A DNA stretch of 63,870 bases, the filler included, from Octopus bimaculoides (taxonomy: Eukaryota), in assembly GCF_001194135.2 (NCBI RefSeq). It is 4 parts of 4 records of this genome, joined end to end, with 100 filler letters (N's around TTAATTAATTAA, not from the genome) between each part and the next. Parts side by side here need not be neighbours in the genome. Positions count along the whole stretch, not along the records: positions 1 to 22,238 come from NC_068986.1; 3 more parts are not named here. One strand, written 5' to 3'. A program made the position numbers and the translations under genes. Below are positions 1 to 12,445 of this stretch, piece after piece. The notes under the pieces were generated by a model that was not told the DNA's origin, searched no databases, and saw only the letters and a program-made list of their open reading frames with translations. How positions within the stretch are numbered: the first letter of the stretch is position 1; every line of letters begins with the position of its first letter.

Positions 1-55
<55 letters not shown>

Positions 56-350
56 CACACACACACATATATATATATATATACATAAATATACATACAT
101 ATACATACAAATGTATATAGATAGATTGATACATACACAATCACACACACATACACAATCACACACACATACATACACACACACACACATATATATATAT
201 AAATACATACATACATATATACATACATTAATTTTATCTGTCTATTTATCTATCTGTCTGTCTGTCTGTATGGCTGTCCGTCTGTATGTCTGTCCTAGTG
301 TCTGTCTGCCTGTCTATCCATCTATCTATCTATATGTATGTATATATATG
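1..350. repeat. Compound (TA)n/(CA)n/(TCTA/TCTG)n microsatellite region
   Basis: Direct reading of the dinucleotide and tetranucleotide runs. Confidence 0.95.
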
Positions 351-1080
351 AATTAGAAGTTAAATTACTCTCATTAAGGGATCGTTTCATCCAATAAATT
401 ACTGGTTCAGTACCTAATATTTACTGTGAATAATAATATCCATAACACAGTACGTTTTATATAAATCATGGTTTATAATCATTCAAAAGAAAGTAATAAA
501 ATGGAGCTATAGCATTTAATAAAAAAATTATTATCTCCAAAAATTTTACATAGTCCCTTACAGCTGTTTCAATTAAGCCTAAAACTGTAAACAGCAATTA
601 GTAAAATCATTATATTAGGCAAAAAAGTTGTATATTTAGGCTTTTTATGTGTTGTATTTTAGAATCAACACTGGAGACTGGGTATGATTTTATGGCTAAT
701 ATTGTTATATACCCGGATTAGGTGGTTATGAGTGGTTTTAGTGAGTAATGGATAAAATCTGAATATAATAAGGGTATGTATATATATATATATATATNNN
801 NNNNNNNACATCCACACGTCAAACATCAACACGTCAAAGTCACCAGACCCTATCCACACTTACACACTTACACATTCTCACATACACTCACGCACATGCA
901 CCTACGTTTTGGGATCACCAGTACTTTATTATTCCCCGTTCTTCCTACCTCTCCTGTCCAACTATCTTTGTCCAACCAGTCGCCATGATTAACCGGCAAA
1001 TCCACAAATTTTCTGTTATTCTCTCTACTTATTGCCTTGTTAATATATTTATATATATATATATATATACACACATATGT

Positions 1081-1285
1081 GTCTGTCTTTGTGTATGTGT
1101 TTGCCCCAACTACCGCTTGACAAACGATGTTACTTTGTTTATGTAGCCATATGTTAGCGGTGCGGCAAAAGAATGGATAGAATACGTACAAGATACAAAA
1201 TGATAAGCCTTGGGGTCGATTAATTCCTTCACAGCGGTGCCTCAGCATGGTCTCAGTCTTTTGAAACAAGTAAAAATAAAAGATT
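1081..1285 (+). mobile_element. SINE-like family A, degenerate 3' half
   Basis: Aligns by eye to the 3' module of the copies at 14755 and 32442 (gtttgccccaac..cgcttgacaa..ttagcggt.cggcaaaaga..ggggtcgat..gcggtgc..cagcatgg..gaaacaagtaaaa). Confidence 0.7.
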
Positions 1286-2441
1286 GTTAAAAAGCAAGTT
1301 ATAATAAATTCTACGATTACAATTACCAAAACAATTTGTATTAAATAATTTTAGCCTACACAAATACCACAAAACTCACATAAAATTTAAATACGATGTG
1401 GCAAAAAGCAATAAAATTCTCATCATTACAACACAATATGTTCCTGAAAATCGTTGCAGCGATTTTGTGAATTCACAGAATTTCAACACAATAAATTCAT
1501 CGCACAGGTATTGTGTGGTATTCATTTTTTTANNNNNNNNNNNNNNNNNNNNNNNNNNNNNNNNNNNNNNNNNNNNNNNNNNNNNNNNNNNNNNNNNNNN
1601 NNNNNNNNNNNNNNNNNNNNNNNNNNNNNNNNNNNNNNNNNNNNNNNNNNNNNNNNNNNNNNNNNNNNNNNNNNNNNNNNNNNNNNNNNNNNNNNNNNNN
1701 NNNNNNNNNNNNNNNNNNNNNNNNNNNNNNNNNNNNNNNNNNNNNNNNNNNNNNNNNNNNNNNNNNNNNNNNNNNNNNNNNNNNNNNNNNNNNNNNNNNN
1801 NNNNNNNNNNNNNNNNNNNNNNNNNNNNNNNNNNNNNNNNNNNNNNNNNNNNNNNNNNNNNNNNNNNNNNNNNNNNNNNNNNNNNNNNNNNNNNNNNNNN
1901 NNNNNNNNNNNNNNNNNNNNNNNNNNNNNNNNNNNNNNNNNNNNNNNNNNNNNNNNNNNNNNNNNNNNNNNNNNNNNNNNNNNNNNNNNNNNNNNNNNNN
2001 NNNNNNNNNNNNNNNNNNNNNNNNNNNNNNNNNNNNNNNNNNNNNNNNNNNNNNNNNNNNNNNNNNNNNNNNNNNNNNNNNNNNNNNNNNNNNNNNNNNN
2101 NNNNNNNNNNNNNNNNNNNNNNNNNNNNNNNNNNNNNNNNNNNNNNNNNNNNNNNNNNNNNNNNNNNNNNNNNNNNNNNNNNNNNNNNNNNNNNNNNNNN
2201 NNNNNNNNNNNNNNNNNNNNNNNNNNNNNNNNNNNNNNNNNNNNNNNNNNNNNNNNNNNNNNNNNNNNNNNNNNNNNNNNNNNNNNNNNNNNNNNNNNNN
2301 NNNNNNNNNNNNNNNNNNNNNNNNNNNNNNNNNNNNNNNNNNNNNNNNNNNNNNNNNNNNNNNNNNNNNNNNNNNNNNNNNNNNNNNNNNNNNNNNNNNN
2401 NNNNNNNNNNNNNNNNNNNNNNNNNNNNNNNNNNNNNNNNN

Positions 2442-2478
<37 letters not shown>

Positions 2479-2490
2479 AGTTTGTATATA

Positions 2491-2700
2491 GTCGCGCGTG
2501 GCCTAGTAGTTAGCCTATTGCACTCATGCTCGCTACATCATGGGTTCGATTACCGGAGCAGGTGGTACGTTGTGTTCTCCAGCAAAAGACATCATGTCCC
2601 ATTATTCCAGTTCACCCAAGTGTTAGTGAGTGATTTTTGACAGAAATTACCTTCCGATCATAGGGGATGCTGGCCTTTTCACCTAGACACTTGCGAGGCG
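2491..2700 (+). mobile_element. tRNA-derived SINE family D-like, old copy
   Basis: A-box-like TGGCCTAGTAGTTAG and B-box-like GGGTTCGATTACC, followed by ttgtgttctccagcaaaagacat..ccagttcacccaag resembling the family D central segment. Confidence 0.6.
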
Positions 2701-2819
2701 TCAGTCATTCGAACGGTAAAACAAGGAAAAAAAAACTAATTTAAAGGATACACCTTGGAAATGGTTTTACTTCATTGGTCCTTTCAAATAACGGTCATAA
2801 GCATGCAATTAATAAAATT

Positions 2820-3195
2820 AATTTGGTATAAATTCCTCCCATTGTAAAATCGAAGAAAACCTTAAATCGAAGGACAGATTCCAAATACGTATGGCAAATA
2901 ATCATATACGAAATATAAGTTAATTATATATGTATGTCTAAATATGTGTATAACTATGTACATGTATCTGTGTATTTTTCGTGTATATTTATAGATGGTC
3001 TAGTTTGCGTGTAACTTTAATTTTAATTTTAACGTATTAAATGACTTATATTTCGTATATGATTATTTACCATTCGTATTTGGAATCGGTCCTTCGATTT
3101 AAGGTTTCCTTCGATTTAAGGTTTCCTTCGATTTAAGGTTTCCTTCGATTTAAGGTTTCCTTCGATTTTACAATAGGATGAATTTATACTAAATT
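2820..3195. mobile_element. MITE-like foldback with ~100-bp inverted arms; the right arm holds a 17-bp tandem expansion
   Basis: Left arm aatttggtataaattcctcccattgtaaaatcgaag..ccttaaatcgaagga..gattccaaatacg..taatcatatacgaaatataagt matches the reverse complement of 3045-3195. Unit CCTTCGATTTAAGGTTT occurs 4.6 times at 3091-3168. Confidence 0.8.
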
Positions 3196-3818
3196 TATTG
3201 TATTCATTGCNNNNNNNNNNNNNNNNNNNNNNNNNNNNNNNNNNNNNNNNNNNNNNNNNNNNNNNNNNNNNNNNNNNNNNNNNNNNNNNNNNNNNNNNNN
3301 NNNNNNNNNNNNNNNNNNNNNNNNNNNNNNNNNNNNNNNNNNNNNNNNNNNNNNNNNNNNNNNNNNNNNNNNNNNNNNNNNNNNNNNNNNNNNNNNNNNN
3401 NNNNNNNNNNNNNNNNNNNNNNNNNNNNNNNNNNNNNNNNNNNNNNNNNNNNNNNNNNNNNNNNNNNNNNNNNNNNNNNNNNNNNNNNNNNNNNNNNNNN
3501 NNNNNNNNNNNNNNNNNNNNNNNNNNNNNNNNNNNNNNNNNNNNNNNNNNNNGTATAGAGGAATATATTATTTTGCTTAAAAGAGTTCCAACACTGTCTG
3601 TTTTTTATGTTTTATTTATATTCCTGCAGAACTAATGTGGGGTATAGAATGTGGAATATACAATATATAATATGATATACAATATACAATATAAAATAAA
3701 ATAACATAAAAATGGATGGCACCCTGAAAGAAAGTATTGAATGTAGATGAAATATTGAGTGTTCAATATAAAGGATCAAATATATAAATATATAAATATA
3801 AATATATATATATATAAA

Positions 3819-3858
3819 GGCGACTCGAGTTTCAGGGCTATTTCCCTTCGTCATGGCC
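3819..3858 (-). ncRNA. Minimal type I hammerhead-ribozyme-like motif (one inserted base in the core)
   Basis: Minus strand GGC-C[A]UGACGA-AGGG-aaauag-CCCU-GAA-ACUCGAGU-C^GCC: stem I GGC/GCC, stem II AGGG/CCCU, palindromic stem III and a GUC cleavage triplet. Confidence 0.5.
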
Positions 3859-3892
3859 GGTATGACAGACTTTAACAGACTGTTATATATAT

Positions 3893-4088
3893 GGGAGAAT
3901 TTACGAAAAAAACAACAACAGATGAGGACAGATGTTGTAAACAACAAAAGGGTGTATTAGTCTAACGCTCTGGAATACAGAAAGTCTTTAACGTTTCGAG
4001 CTACGCTCTTCAACAGAAAGAATACGGAGAAAAGAAGGAGAAAACACGGAAAAAAAATTGAATGTTTTGGTCAGCGATCTATCATGGC

Positions 4089-4091
<3 letters not shown>
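3893..4091 (-). mobile_element. ~200-bp hammerhead-bearing element, subfamily F1 (motif at 3986-4020)
   Basis: Minus strand cuuu-CUGUUGA-A-GAGC-gua-GCUC-GAAAC-GUU^-aaag. It shares the gccatgatagatcg 5' motif and the gagcgtt.actaatac 3' motif with the copies at 16057, 28167 and 32096. TA runs lie on both sides. Confidence 0.65.
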
Positions 4092-4125
<34 letters not shown>

Positions 4126-5069
4126 TAAACATTTGTAAATGTGTTGGACGTTCTCGTTGAATGTACTTTTAAGCATCCATTACACTGACATCCCAAACGT
4201 ACTTGAGGATTTCAAATTGTATTCGTTATGCGTGTGTATGTGTGAAGACGTGTGCAACTATGTCTTTGAGAGTACCAATGTGTTTGTGAACTTGTGCATG
4301 TTTATGTGTGTGTGTGTTAGTGCGTGGTAACCTGTCGGTTGTCTGTGCTATAATATATGTAATAAACGTTAGAGAAAACCTAATTAGATCTAAAAGTACT
4401 TCAACGTGTATCGTGTTGGGAAGAATTGCGTTCATTTCAATAAAAAGACAATCTTGAAACCTTGTCGATATCCAATATAATGTAGTAGTCATAAAATTCA
4501 TTGGAGTCAATGAGAACTGTCAATATTACCACGACATTTTTACGATGAAATAAGTGTTTGAGAGCAGAATCTTTTCTCATTTACCTTTTACTGGTTACTT
4601 ATGACTCGTAATTACATCTCTGTACCTGCGCTTTTAACGAGATCAAACCCTTTTCCAATTGAAGTCAATCGTTGGCTAATACCATTCAATCATACCACCA
4701 GAAGGCATTAAGAAACTCATTATCATAGATATATATAACTACGAATGTTCGGATCATTGAGAATATACATTAAATCATTGAAATATATATCGATGTGTTT
4801 GTATATATGCATCAGCGTATATACATACACACAGAAAGATGGAAAGAATCACACATACAAACACGTACACGCACACACACACACACACACACACATGGAC
4901 GCGCGCACGCACACACACACACACACACATGAACGCGCACACATGTACTTACTGTATATGTCAGGACATTAATTTTCAATTATTTACAATATTTACATTA
5001 TTTACATTATTTACATTCGACGGATATTATAGAACTGTATTAATTTTCAATTTCAATTTCTCATTCAGT

Positions 5070-6215
5070 TTTCTTCTTTCTTTCCTTACTTCTTTCTTTC
5101 CTTCTCTTTCCTTCCTTCTTTCTTTCCTTCTCTTTTTCTTCTTTCTTTCCTTCCTTCTTTCCTTCCTTGCTTCCTTCTTTTCTTTCCTCCTTTCCTTTCT
5201 TTCTTCCTGTCTTTTTTCCTTCTTTCTTTCTTTCCTTCTTTCCTTCCTTCTTTCCTTCCTTCTTTCTTTCCTTACTTCTTTCTTTCCTTCTCTTTCCTTC
5301 CTTCTTTCTTTCCTTCTCTTTTTCTTNNNNNNNNNNNNNNNNNNNNNNNNNNNNNNNNNNNNNNNNNNNNNNNNNNNNNNNNNNNNNNNNNNNNNNNNNN
5401 NNNNNNNNNNNNNNNNNNNNNNNNNNNNNNNNNNNNNNNNNNNNNNNNNNNNNNNNNNNNNNNNNNNNNNNNNNNNNNNNNNNNNNNNNNNNNNNNNNNN
5501 NNNNNNNNNNNNNNNNNNNNNNNNNNNNNNNNNNNNNNNNNNNNNNNNNNNNNNNNNNNNNNNNNNNNNNNNNNNNNNNNNNNNNNNNNNNNNNNNNNNN
5601 NNNNNNNNNNNNNNNNNNNNNNNNNNNNNNNNNNNNNNNNNNNNNNNNNNNNNNNNNNNNNNNNNNNNNNNNNNNNNNNNNNNNNNNNNNNNNNNNNNNN
5701 NNNNNNNNNNNNNNNNNNNNNNNNNNNNNNNNNNNNNNNNNNNNNNNNNNNNNNNNNNNNNNNNNNNNNNNNNNNNNNNNNNNNNNNNNNNNNNNNNNNN
5801 NNNNNNNNNNNNNNNNNNNNNNNNNNNNNNNNNNNNNNNNNNNNNNNNNNNNNNNNNNNNNNNNNNNNNNNNNNNNNNNNNNNNNNNNNNNNNNNNNNNN
5901 NNNNNNNNNNNNNNNNNNNNNNNNNNNNNNNNNNNNNNNNNNNNNNNNNNNNNNNNNNNNNNNNNNNNNNNNNNNNNNNNNNNNNNNNNNNNNNNNNNNN
6001 NNNNNNNNNNTCCCTCCCTTCCTTCCTTCCTTCCTTCTTTCTTTCCTTTTTTCCTTCCTTCCTTCCTTCCTTCCTTCTTTCTTCCCTACTCTTTTTTCCT
6101 TCCTTCCTTCCTTCCTTCCTTGCTTCGTTCGTTCGTTCGTTCGTTCGTTCGTTCCTTCGTTCCTTCCTTCCTTACTTACTTACTTCCTTTCTTCTTTCCT
6201 TTCTTTCTTTCTTTT
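5070..6215. repeat. (TTTC/TTCC/TTCG)n pyrimidine microsatellite spanning a gap
   Basis: Direct reading; N gap at 5327-6010. Confidence 0.95.
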
Positions 6216-6798
6216 GTGTGCGAGGAAGAAATAAATAAAGAATATGTAAAATAAACATGGGAGATACTGTTTTCTGAACATAAATTGCAGGATCTACTCA
6301 GAGGATTTAGGAACTCTTCTGTATCCATCGCAATGTCGACAACCCTTCTCTTATCTGCTGTAGTCCTATGGCCATGGCTGTTTCGATCCTTAGCCTGTAT
6401 GCTTCGCCCGATTCTGGCAGTGAGGTATAAATTAATCTTTGCCTGCGGAAAGGAAAGAAAAGGCGGTCTACGTTTGGCGTATCCACACGGAGAAGGGATT
6501 GGGATGATCCTGCCGACAGCTTAGATTACAATAATCTGGAATAAAGAAAAGAGATTATGCATAGCACTTGAAACCAGTTGCCTTAAAAATGTTAACACCA
6601 TATTTAAGACTAGCGGGACACGTGAAAATTTCACGTAATTTATGGCAAACTTAATGGGTTATTTCTGAAAAATGTTTGTTCTAAAATCTCTTTAAGTGAT
6701 GAACACAGTAGTTGTACTAACAGGTAATATTCGTAGCCACTTCAACATGGCTGTCTGTTCGAACGGACTCTACTGTGATTTCTTAACCCCGAGATGAC

Positions 6799-6831
6799 AT
6801 ATCCTCTATCCGGCTAACGGATAGAGGATAT
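6799..6831. other. Perfect 14-bp stem-loop
   Basis: ATATCCTCTATCCG-gctaa-CGGATAGAGGATAT followed by an A run. Confidence 0.9.
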
Positions 6832-7373
6832 ATCCAAAAAAAAAAAAAATAACCTGAAAGCGTAGCCTGCGCAGAATCGGTATGGAAAGATAGTGGCTCA
6901 GCCGCTATTCATTGAAAAGTGAGAGAAATTCGAAAACAATAATTACATAATGCACTTTATATATACATTTTATATATTTTATGCACAGTCTTATAGACTT
7001 AAGACACGGCACTCATAAAATAAATATTCACTTTTAGCTTTCTATTTTTCCAATAAACAAAAAGAAAAAAAAATATCTTGTACATATGATACAACCTTTC
7101 GTTTAATTGCGTGTATCAGAAGCGTAAATAAGCGTGAATATTTCACGGAATTGCACTTATGCGCATGCGTTAAGTGTTAAGTAATATAAAACAATCTTAG
7201 TTCAATTTTTAAACAATAGACATTTCACTATTCACTCATCACCACCTCCGCCGCTACTACCTCTATCTACACCACTGCCACCTCTATATCCAGCAGCATC
7301 ACCAGGCCACTACAACCGCAACTACCACTACAACCACCCTCATCGTCATCACACTCTACCCCGCTCTCTCTCA

Positions 7374-7454
7374 TTCTCCTCCCACTCCCCTCCTTTCTCT
7401 TTCTCCTCCCACTCCCCTCTTACCTCTTTCTCCTCTCACTCCCCTCCTGTCTCT
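7374..7454. repeat. 27-bp pyrimidine-rich minisatellite, 3 copies
   Basis: Units ttctcctcccactcccctcctttctct, ttctcctcccactcccctcttacctct and ttctcctctcactcccctcctgtctct. Confidence 0.85.
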
Positions 7455-8882
7455 TTCTCCCGTCTCTCTGCCTTTCTTAAACCTCACCGTCAGGACGCTC
7501 TGCTAAAATTATATCGTTGACACTCTTCCTATACCTTCAACTATTTTAACCACGTAATAAATATTACGTTCCCCCTACTACATGATGTGAACTCTTTCTT
7601 TTTTCACTCTCTGTCATAATCTCTCTCTTTTCTTTCTCCCTCGTTCACCTTATCCTCTTTTTCCCCTCCCCTTTTTCTAATCACGTGAAATCGTTACATT
7701 TATATTCCCTCTTCCTCACGCCATGGCCGCTTCTCTCTCCCTCGTTTTCTCCCTCCCTATTTTCCATTCTCCCTCTCTTTCTATAATCACGTAAAAGTGT
7801 TACTGACGGGCTAAGTAACGCAATGACAAGCAGAATTATTATAAGATATGAGTGCAGCGAAAAGTATACTGTTGTCGTGATAAATCTATAAATCTGGAAT
7901 TATTCCATCTGGACCCTAGCTTTACAATTTTACCAATAATTAATGGAAAACTTCGCTACGTGATTTAATGCTTCAGGGAAACGCATGTGAAGTTGGGTTG
8001 CACAATACCGTGGTCCTATTTAGAAATCACAGGTATGAAGATTACAGCTAATCAAAGGCGTTCTCAAACTTTTTAAAACTTGAAAAGTTTGTCATGTAAT
8101 TATATCTACAGATGCAATGATATACATGCCTCAATCCATGTATGAATCCGTTCTCACATATGTATATACACAAATAAATACAAACATACATACATAATTA
8201 CAAACATACATACATACATACATACATACATACATACATGCAAATATGTGTGTATAAATGGACATATATACGCAAGACCACCAAGTTGATGCTGTCTAAA
8301 TTCTAATGACACAACCGCCTTCTTCACGACAACAAAATGGTTCTTTCTCCATTGTTGAAGAATTACAAAAAACGCAAAGCCAAATAAAAAAAAAGAATGC
8401 AACAACAACAAAAAAAAAACATTAAGAGATTCATATAAAGATTGACATTTGGTTTCTGACATTCTGCCAAAACTCAATGTAACCTTGCTTTTCTGCCAAC
8501 AATGTAACAGAGCAATTATCTCTTCTCACTCTAAATCACATAAACATTAGATTTTCTCTTTCAGTCCGTACGTAGGTTGTGTGTGTGTGCGTGTGTGTGT
8601 GCGTGTGAGCGCGCGCACTTGTTGGGCTCTTTGTACTTTTTCTCTGACTCCTTTACTATTATTATCTCGTTCGCTGTATACAAATATACAGGCGTGCGTG
8701 CGTGTTTTGTACATATATTCATATATACAAACATGCACACACATACACATGCACACAATTACACGCGCATAAACACACACACACATCTATTTATATACAT
8801 ATGTAAGTACACGAGTATATGCGTGTGCATATATATCTAGGTATATGAGTATTTATGTGTGTGTATGTATATATTTTTTTTT

Positions 8883-8992
8883 ATTTTAGTGGACATTTGC
8901 AAGTTTACACACACAAGTACATATATCACATATAACATATATTATGTGGTATAATTGTCTGTGTGTGTATACTTACATACGTCCACTAAAAT
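8883..8992. repeat. Imperfect ~110-bp foldback
   Basis: attttagtggacatttgcaagtttacacacaca matches the reverse complement of tgtgtgtgtatacttacatacgtccactaaaat. Confidence 0.65.
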
Positions 8993-9016
8993 GAAAATTG
9001 TATACACACACACACA

Positions 9017-9018
<2 letters not shown>

Positions 9019-9105
<87 letters not shown>

Positions 9106-9110
9106 TAGAT
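9019..9110. repeat. (TA)n(GA)n compound microsatellite
   Basis: Direct reading. Confidence 0.95.
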
Positions 9111-9836
9111 AGAAGTGTATATATTTTAGTTTAATTTATTGTGTAATTATGCTACGAATGTTTAGTTCTTTTAACACTTCAACTGATCCTAGACTGCAAC
9201 AGTTACCCACGATCCCCACTAGGAATACGACCACAACGTCTATCACCATCACCAGTACTACCACCATCGTCAGGAACATAAATAGTAGCAACATTTAACA
9301 ACGATAAATACAAGTAAATTCTCTTGTTCGTTACAAAAAAATACAAACCACTACTAGAAGCATCAACGTGAAAATCTCATCCTAAATTATAAGTACCACA
9401 TCTAACAAGACGTACATCTTAAAACTTGGTATATCAACAGCCCTTCATCGCATTCTCGTTATAACAGTTAGTGTTGGCAATGAAACAAACGTTTTCCCGA
9501 AACACTCAAAAATGTTAAGTGTAATTGACCAAAATTTCCAAGAAGTCGTTGAGTATTACATATTTTATTATATTTTTGAAAATTCTCTATTTGGCATTAG
9601 CTGCTGTTTTCTGTTTCTCGACAAGGACATCATTATATAAGTTGCCTGTAGCAACGTGTGGTTTTTAGCCTATTGTTAAATATTCATACAATCTAAAACC
9701 AACGTCCAATTCATGCACAAAGTAGTCTTTCCTTTTTATATTTACATTTCTGCTTCTTTAGATAACTCTTTTCCTCTTTGAGTATCTATTTATCTCTCTG
9801 TCACACACACACAGATACACACACACGCTCTCATCG

Positions 9837-9868
<32 letters not shown>

Positions 9869-9948
9869 GTACCCTCTCCTTATCTTTATGTACGAGTGTG
9901 TGAACAAACGAAAGAAGGGCACTCAACCAATTTATAGGGAGTTACATG

Positions 9949-10104
9949 TATGGACCAAAAATGTTTGATTCAAATTCGCTGGTACACTTGAGTCTCAACC
10001 GAGATACTAGTCGTCTGCCATTTCAAATTCAAAATGGTTGGCGACTAGCATCGCGCTTGAAACTCAAGTACCAATGAATTTGAATCAAACAGTTTTGATC
10101 TATA
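9949..10104. mobile_element. 156-bp foldback (MITE-like or long hairpin)
   Basis: Arms of ~72 bp with a loop of ~8 nt: gaccaaaaatgtttgattcaaattcgctggtacacttgagtctcaacc.. versus the reverse complement gatcaaaactgtttgattcaaattcattggtacttgagtttcaagc.. Confidence 0.75.
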
Positions 10105-11526
10105 TATATAAATATATATACAATATTTATAAATTGAGGAAATGATCATTAAGATGAATATATCAGTGGGTTGCATATAAGAAACGACCATATCAGCAAA
10201 ATTAATTTGTAAGTCCATAATTATAAAAATATAATTTTAATTAAGTGCGCCGGAATTTCAGCACCTATAGATGTCAAATACCTACGACCAACTCTGAATT
10301 TATTCTCTATCTACAACCCAAGGTTGAATGCGAGGTAATGAGCAAGAATATTTACAAATTTCGAATAATCATATATCTTAAGATTTCGTGATCTGTTAAA
10401 AAGATTACTTTGCACTCCTCAGTATTGATAAACCGACAATATATAAACGGAAAACATATATACACACCGATGACATTTTGCGTACAGATACCAAATTATA
10501 CATGCATTCCATGCTATGCATTAAATCTAATCGCCCATCTCGGTCAAGTTGTGAATGTCAGAAATCATAGAGGGTAAATATAACATTGATAACTTTGATA
10601 AGTTTCGGCCAGTGTAAGCCCAGGCCATGTCTAACTTAATAGCACCACCTGGTGAAGTCTTTTAATCATATATGGGGCACCATCGCCCACTCTAGCAAAG
10701 AGTTATTATTGTTGGAAGCATATCAGGGTACGCGGGAAATGCATGCACATGTTGGTATCTGTACGCAAACAATTATTGATATGTATGTGCATTTCTCGCT
10801 TATCGGTTTATCAATACTGAAGAGTGCAAAGTAATCTTTTTAACAGAGCACAAAATCTTAAGATATAGAAGTATCCAAAATTTGTAAATTTTCCACACCC
10901 TATTTCCACACCCCACCCTCACATCTCCACACCCTACACCCGCATCTGCATATCCCAACACCCCCTACACCCCCTACACGACCACACCCCTACACTACCA
11001 CATTCCACCACAGCACTGTACCGCGACACAACACATCCCACACCCCAACACCACAACACCACACCAAAACACAGCACGGCACACCTCATAAGACCACAAC
11101 GCACACACTGACCATTTCCCAGCACCTACGCCATCATCCACACACCCACACACTTACGCACACATCCACANNNNNNNNNNNNNNNNNNNNNNNNNNNNNN
11201 NNNNNNNNNNNNNNNNNNNNNNNNNNNNNNNNNNNNNNNNNNNNNNNNNNNNNNNNNNNNNNNNNNNNNNNNNNNNNNNNNNNNNNNNNNNNNNNNNNNN
11301 NNNNNNNNNNNNNNNNNNNNNNNNNNNNNNNNNNNNNNNNNNNNNNNNNNNNNNNNNNNNNNNNNNNNNNNNNNNNNNNNNNNNNNNNNNNNNNNNNNNN
11401 NNNNNNNNNNNNNNNNNNNNNNNNNNNNNNNNNNNNNNNNNNNNNNNNNNNNNNNNNNNNNNNNNNNNNNNNNNNNNNNNNNNNNNNNNNNNNNNNNNNN
11501 NNNNNNNNNNNNNNNNNNNNNNNNNN

Positions 11527-11593
<67 letters not shown>

Positions 11594-11595
11594 AT

Positions 11596-11910
11596 AAAAT
11601 TATGATTAAGGGTATCTAAAAGATACCACCATGCTAGAGATAGCATTCAAAACTGGACTCTAAAACCACAACAAGTAATTCAAACATGCAGCACCAGGAG
11701 AAAAGAGGAGACAAAGTAGCAAAAAATTATTGGATAATCCAGATCTAGATTTTTGGCTTTGCGAACAATATACTCAGACTCTTCAGTGGGACATACCTTT
11801 TGTCTTTTCTCCGGGTGCAGTATGAATTATTGGGATGTGGTTTTAGAGTCAAGGTTTGACTGCTATTTCTAGCATGGTGGTATCTTTTATATACCCTTAA
11901 TTCTAATTTT
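11596..11910. mobile_element. MITE-like element with ~115-bp inverted arms
   Basis: aaaattatgattaagggtatctaaaagataccaccatgctagagatagc..gactctaaaaccaca matches the reverse complement of 11795-11910. Confidence 0.8.
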
Positions 11911-12352
11911 AATGATAATTATTACCTATAACGTTTTTATCCCCATGCTGGCCACTTCTTGATATGATCGGTATTTTAAATAACGACCTTATCCTTGTTT
12001 ATATATATTAGTATGTATGTATATATATATTCAATAAGGAGCAAATAATTCGAGAGAAAATAATTGCGAAGATATTACTGACTCTGTTATTATCTAGTGA
12101 ACAATTAATAATGATAATAGCGGAATCAATAATATACATACTTACATGATTGCAGGCCCAGAAAATCATTAAATAGCTGAAGGATTGAAATTAATCAGGG
12201 ACATACTAAGTATCTCTACCTGCTGGAAATAACAGTCAACACTCATATATAAATCACGGAAAATTAAACTGATAATAACTACAGAAATCAACCTTCTGAG
12301 GGCAAATGGGCTGAGACGATCTCTCAACATACGTTCAAGTATTTGGACTCAC

Positions 12353-12445
12353 GTGGGCCAGTTTCTGGACTGACATTATAGCTTCACCTTCCTCAACACG
12401 TGTTACAATGTTGAAAATCTCCAAACCATCACGTTGAAGACTGCG
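12353..12445 (-). CDS. Candidate 93-nt phase 0-0 coding exon of an unidentified gene (RSLQRDGLEIFNIVTRVEEGEAIMSVQKLAH)
   Basis: Minus strand ..tatattgcAG | 31 sense codons | GTGAGT donor. The other two frames contain stops. No family recognised. Confidence 0.3.

Noticed and set aside
6799-6850. Rho-independent terminator
   Set aside because: The context is eukaryotic and the hairpin is not followed by a U tract on either strand.
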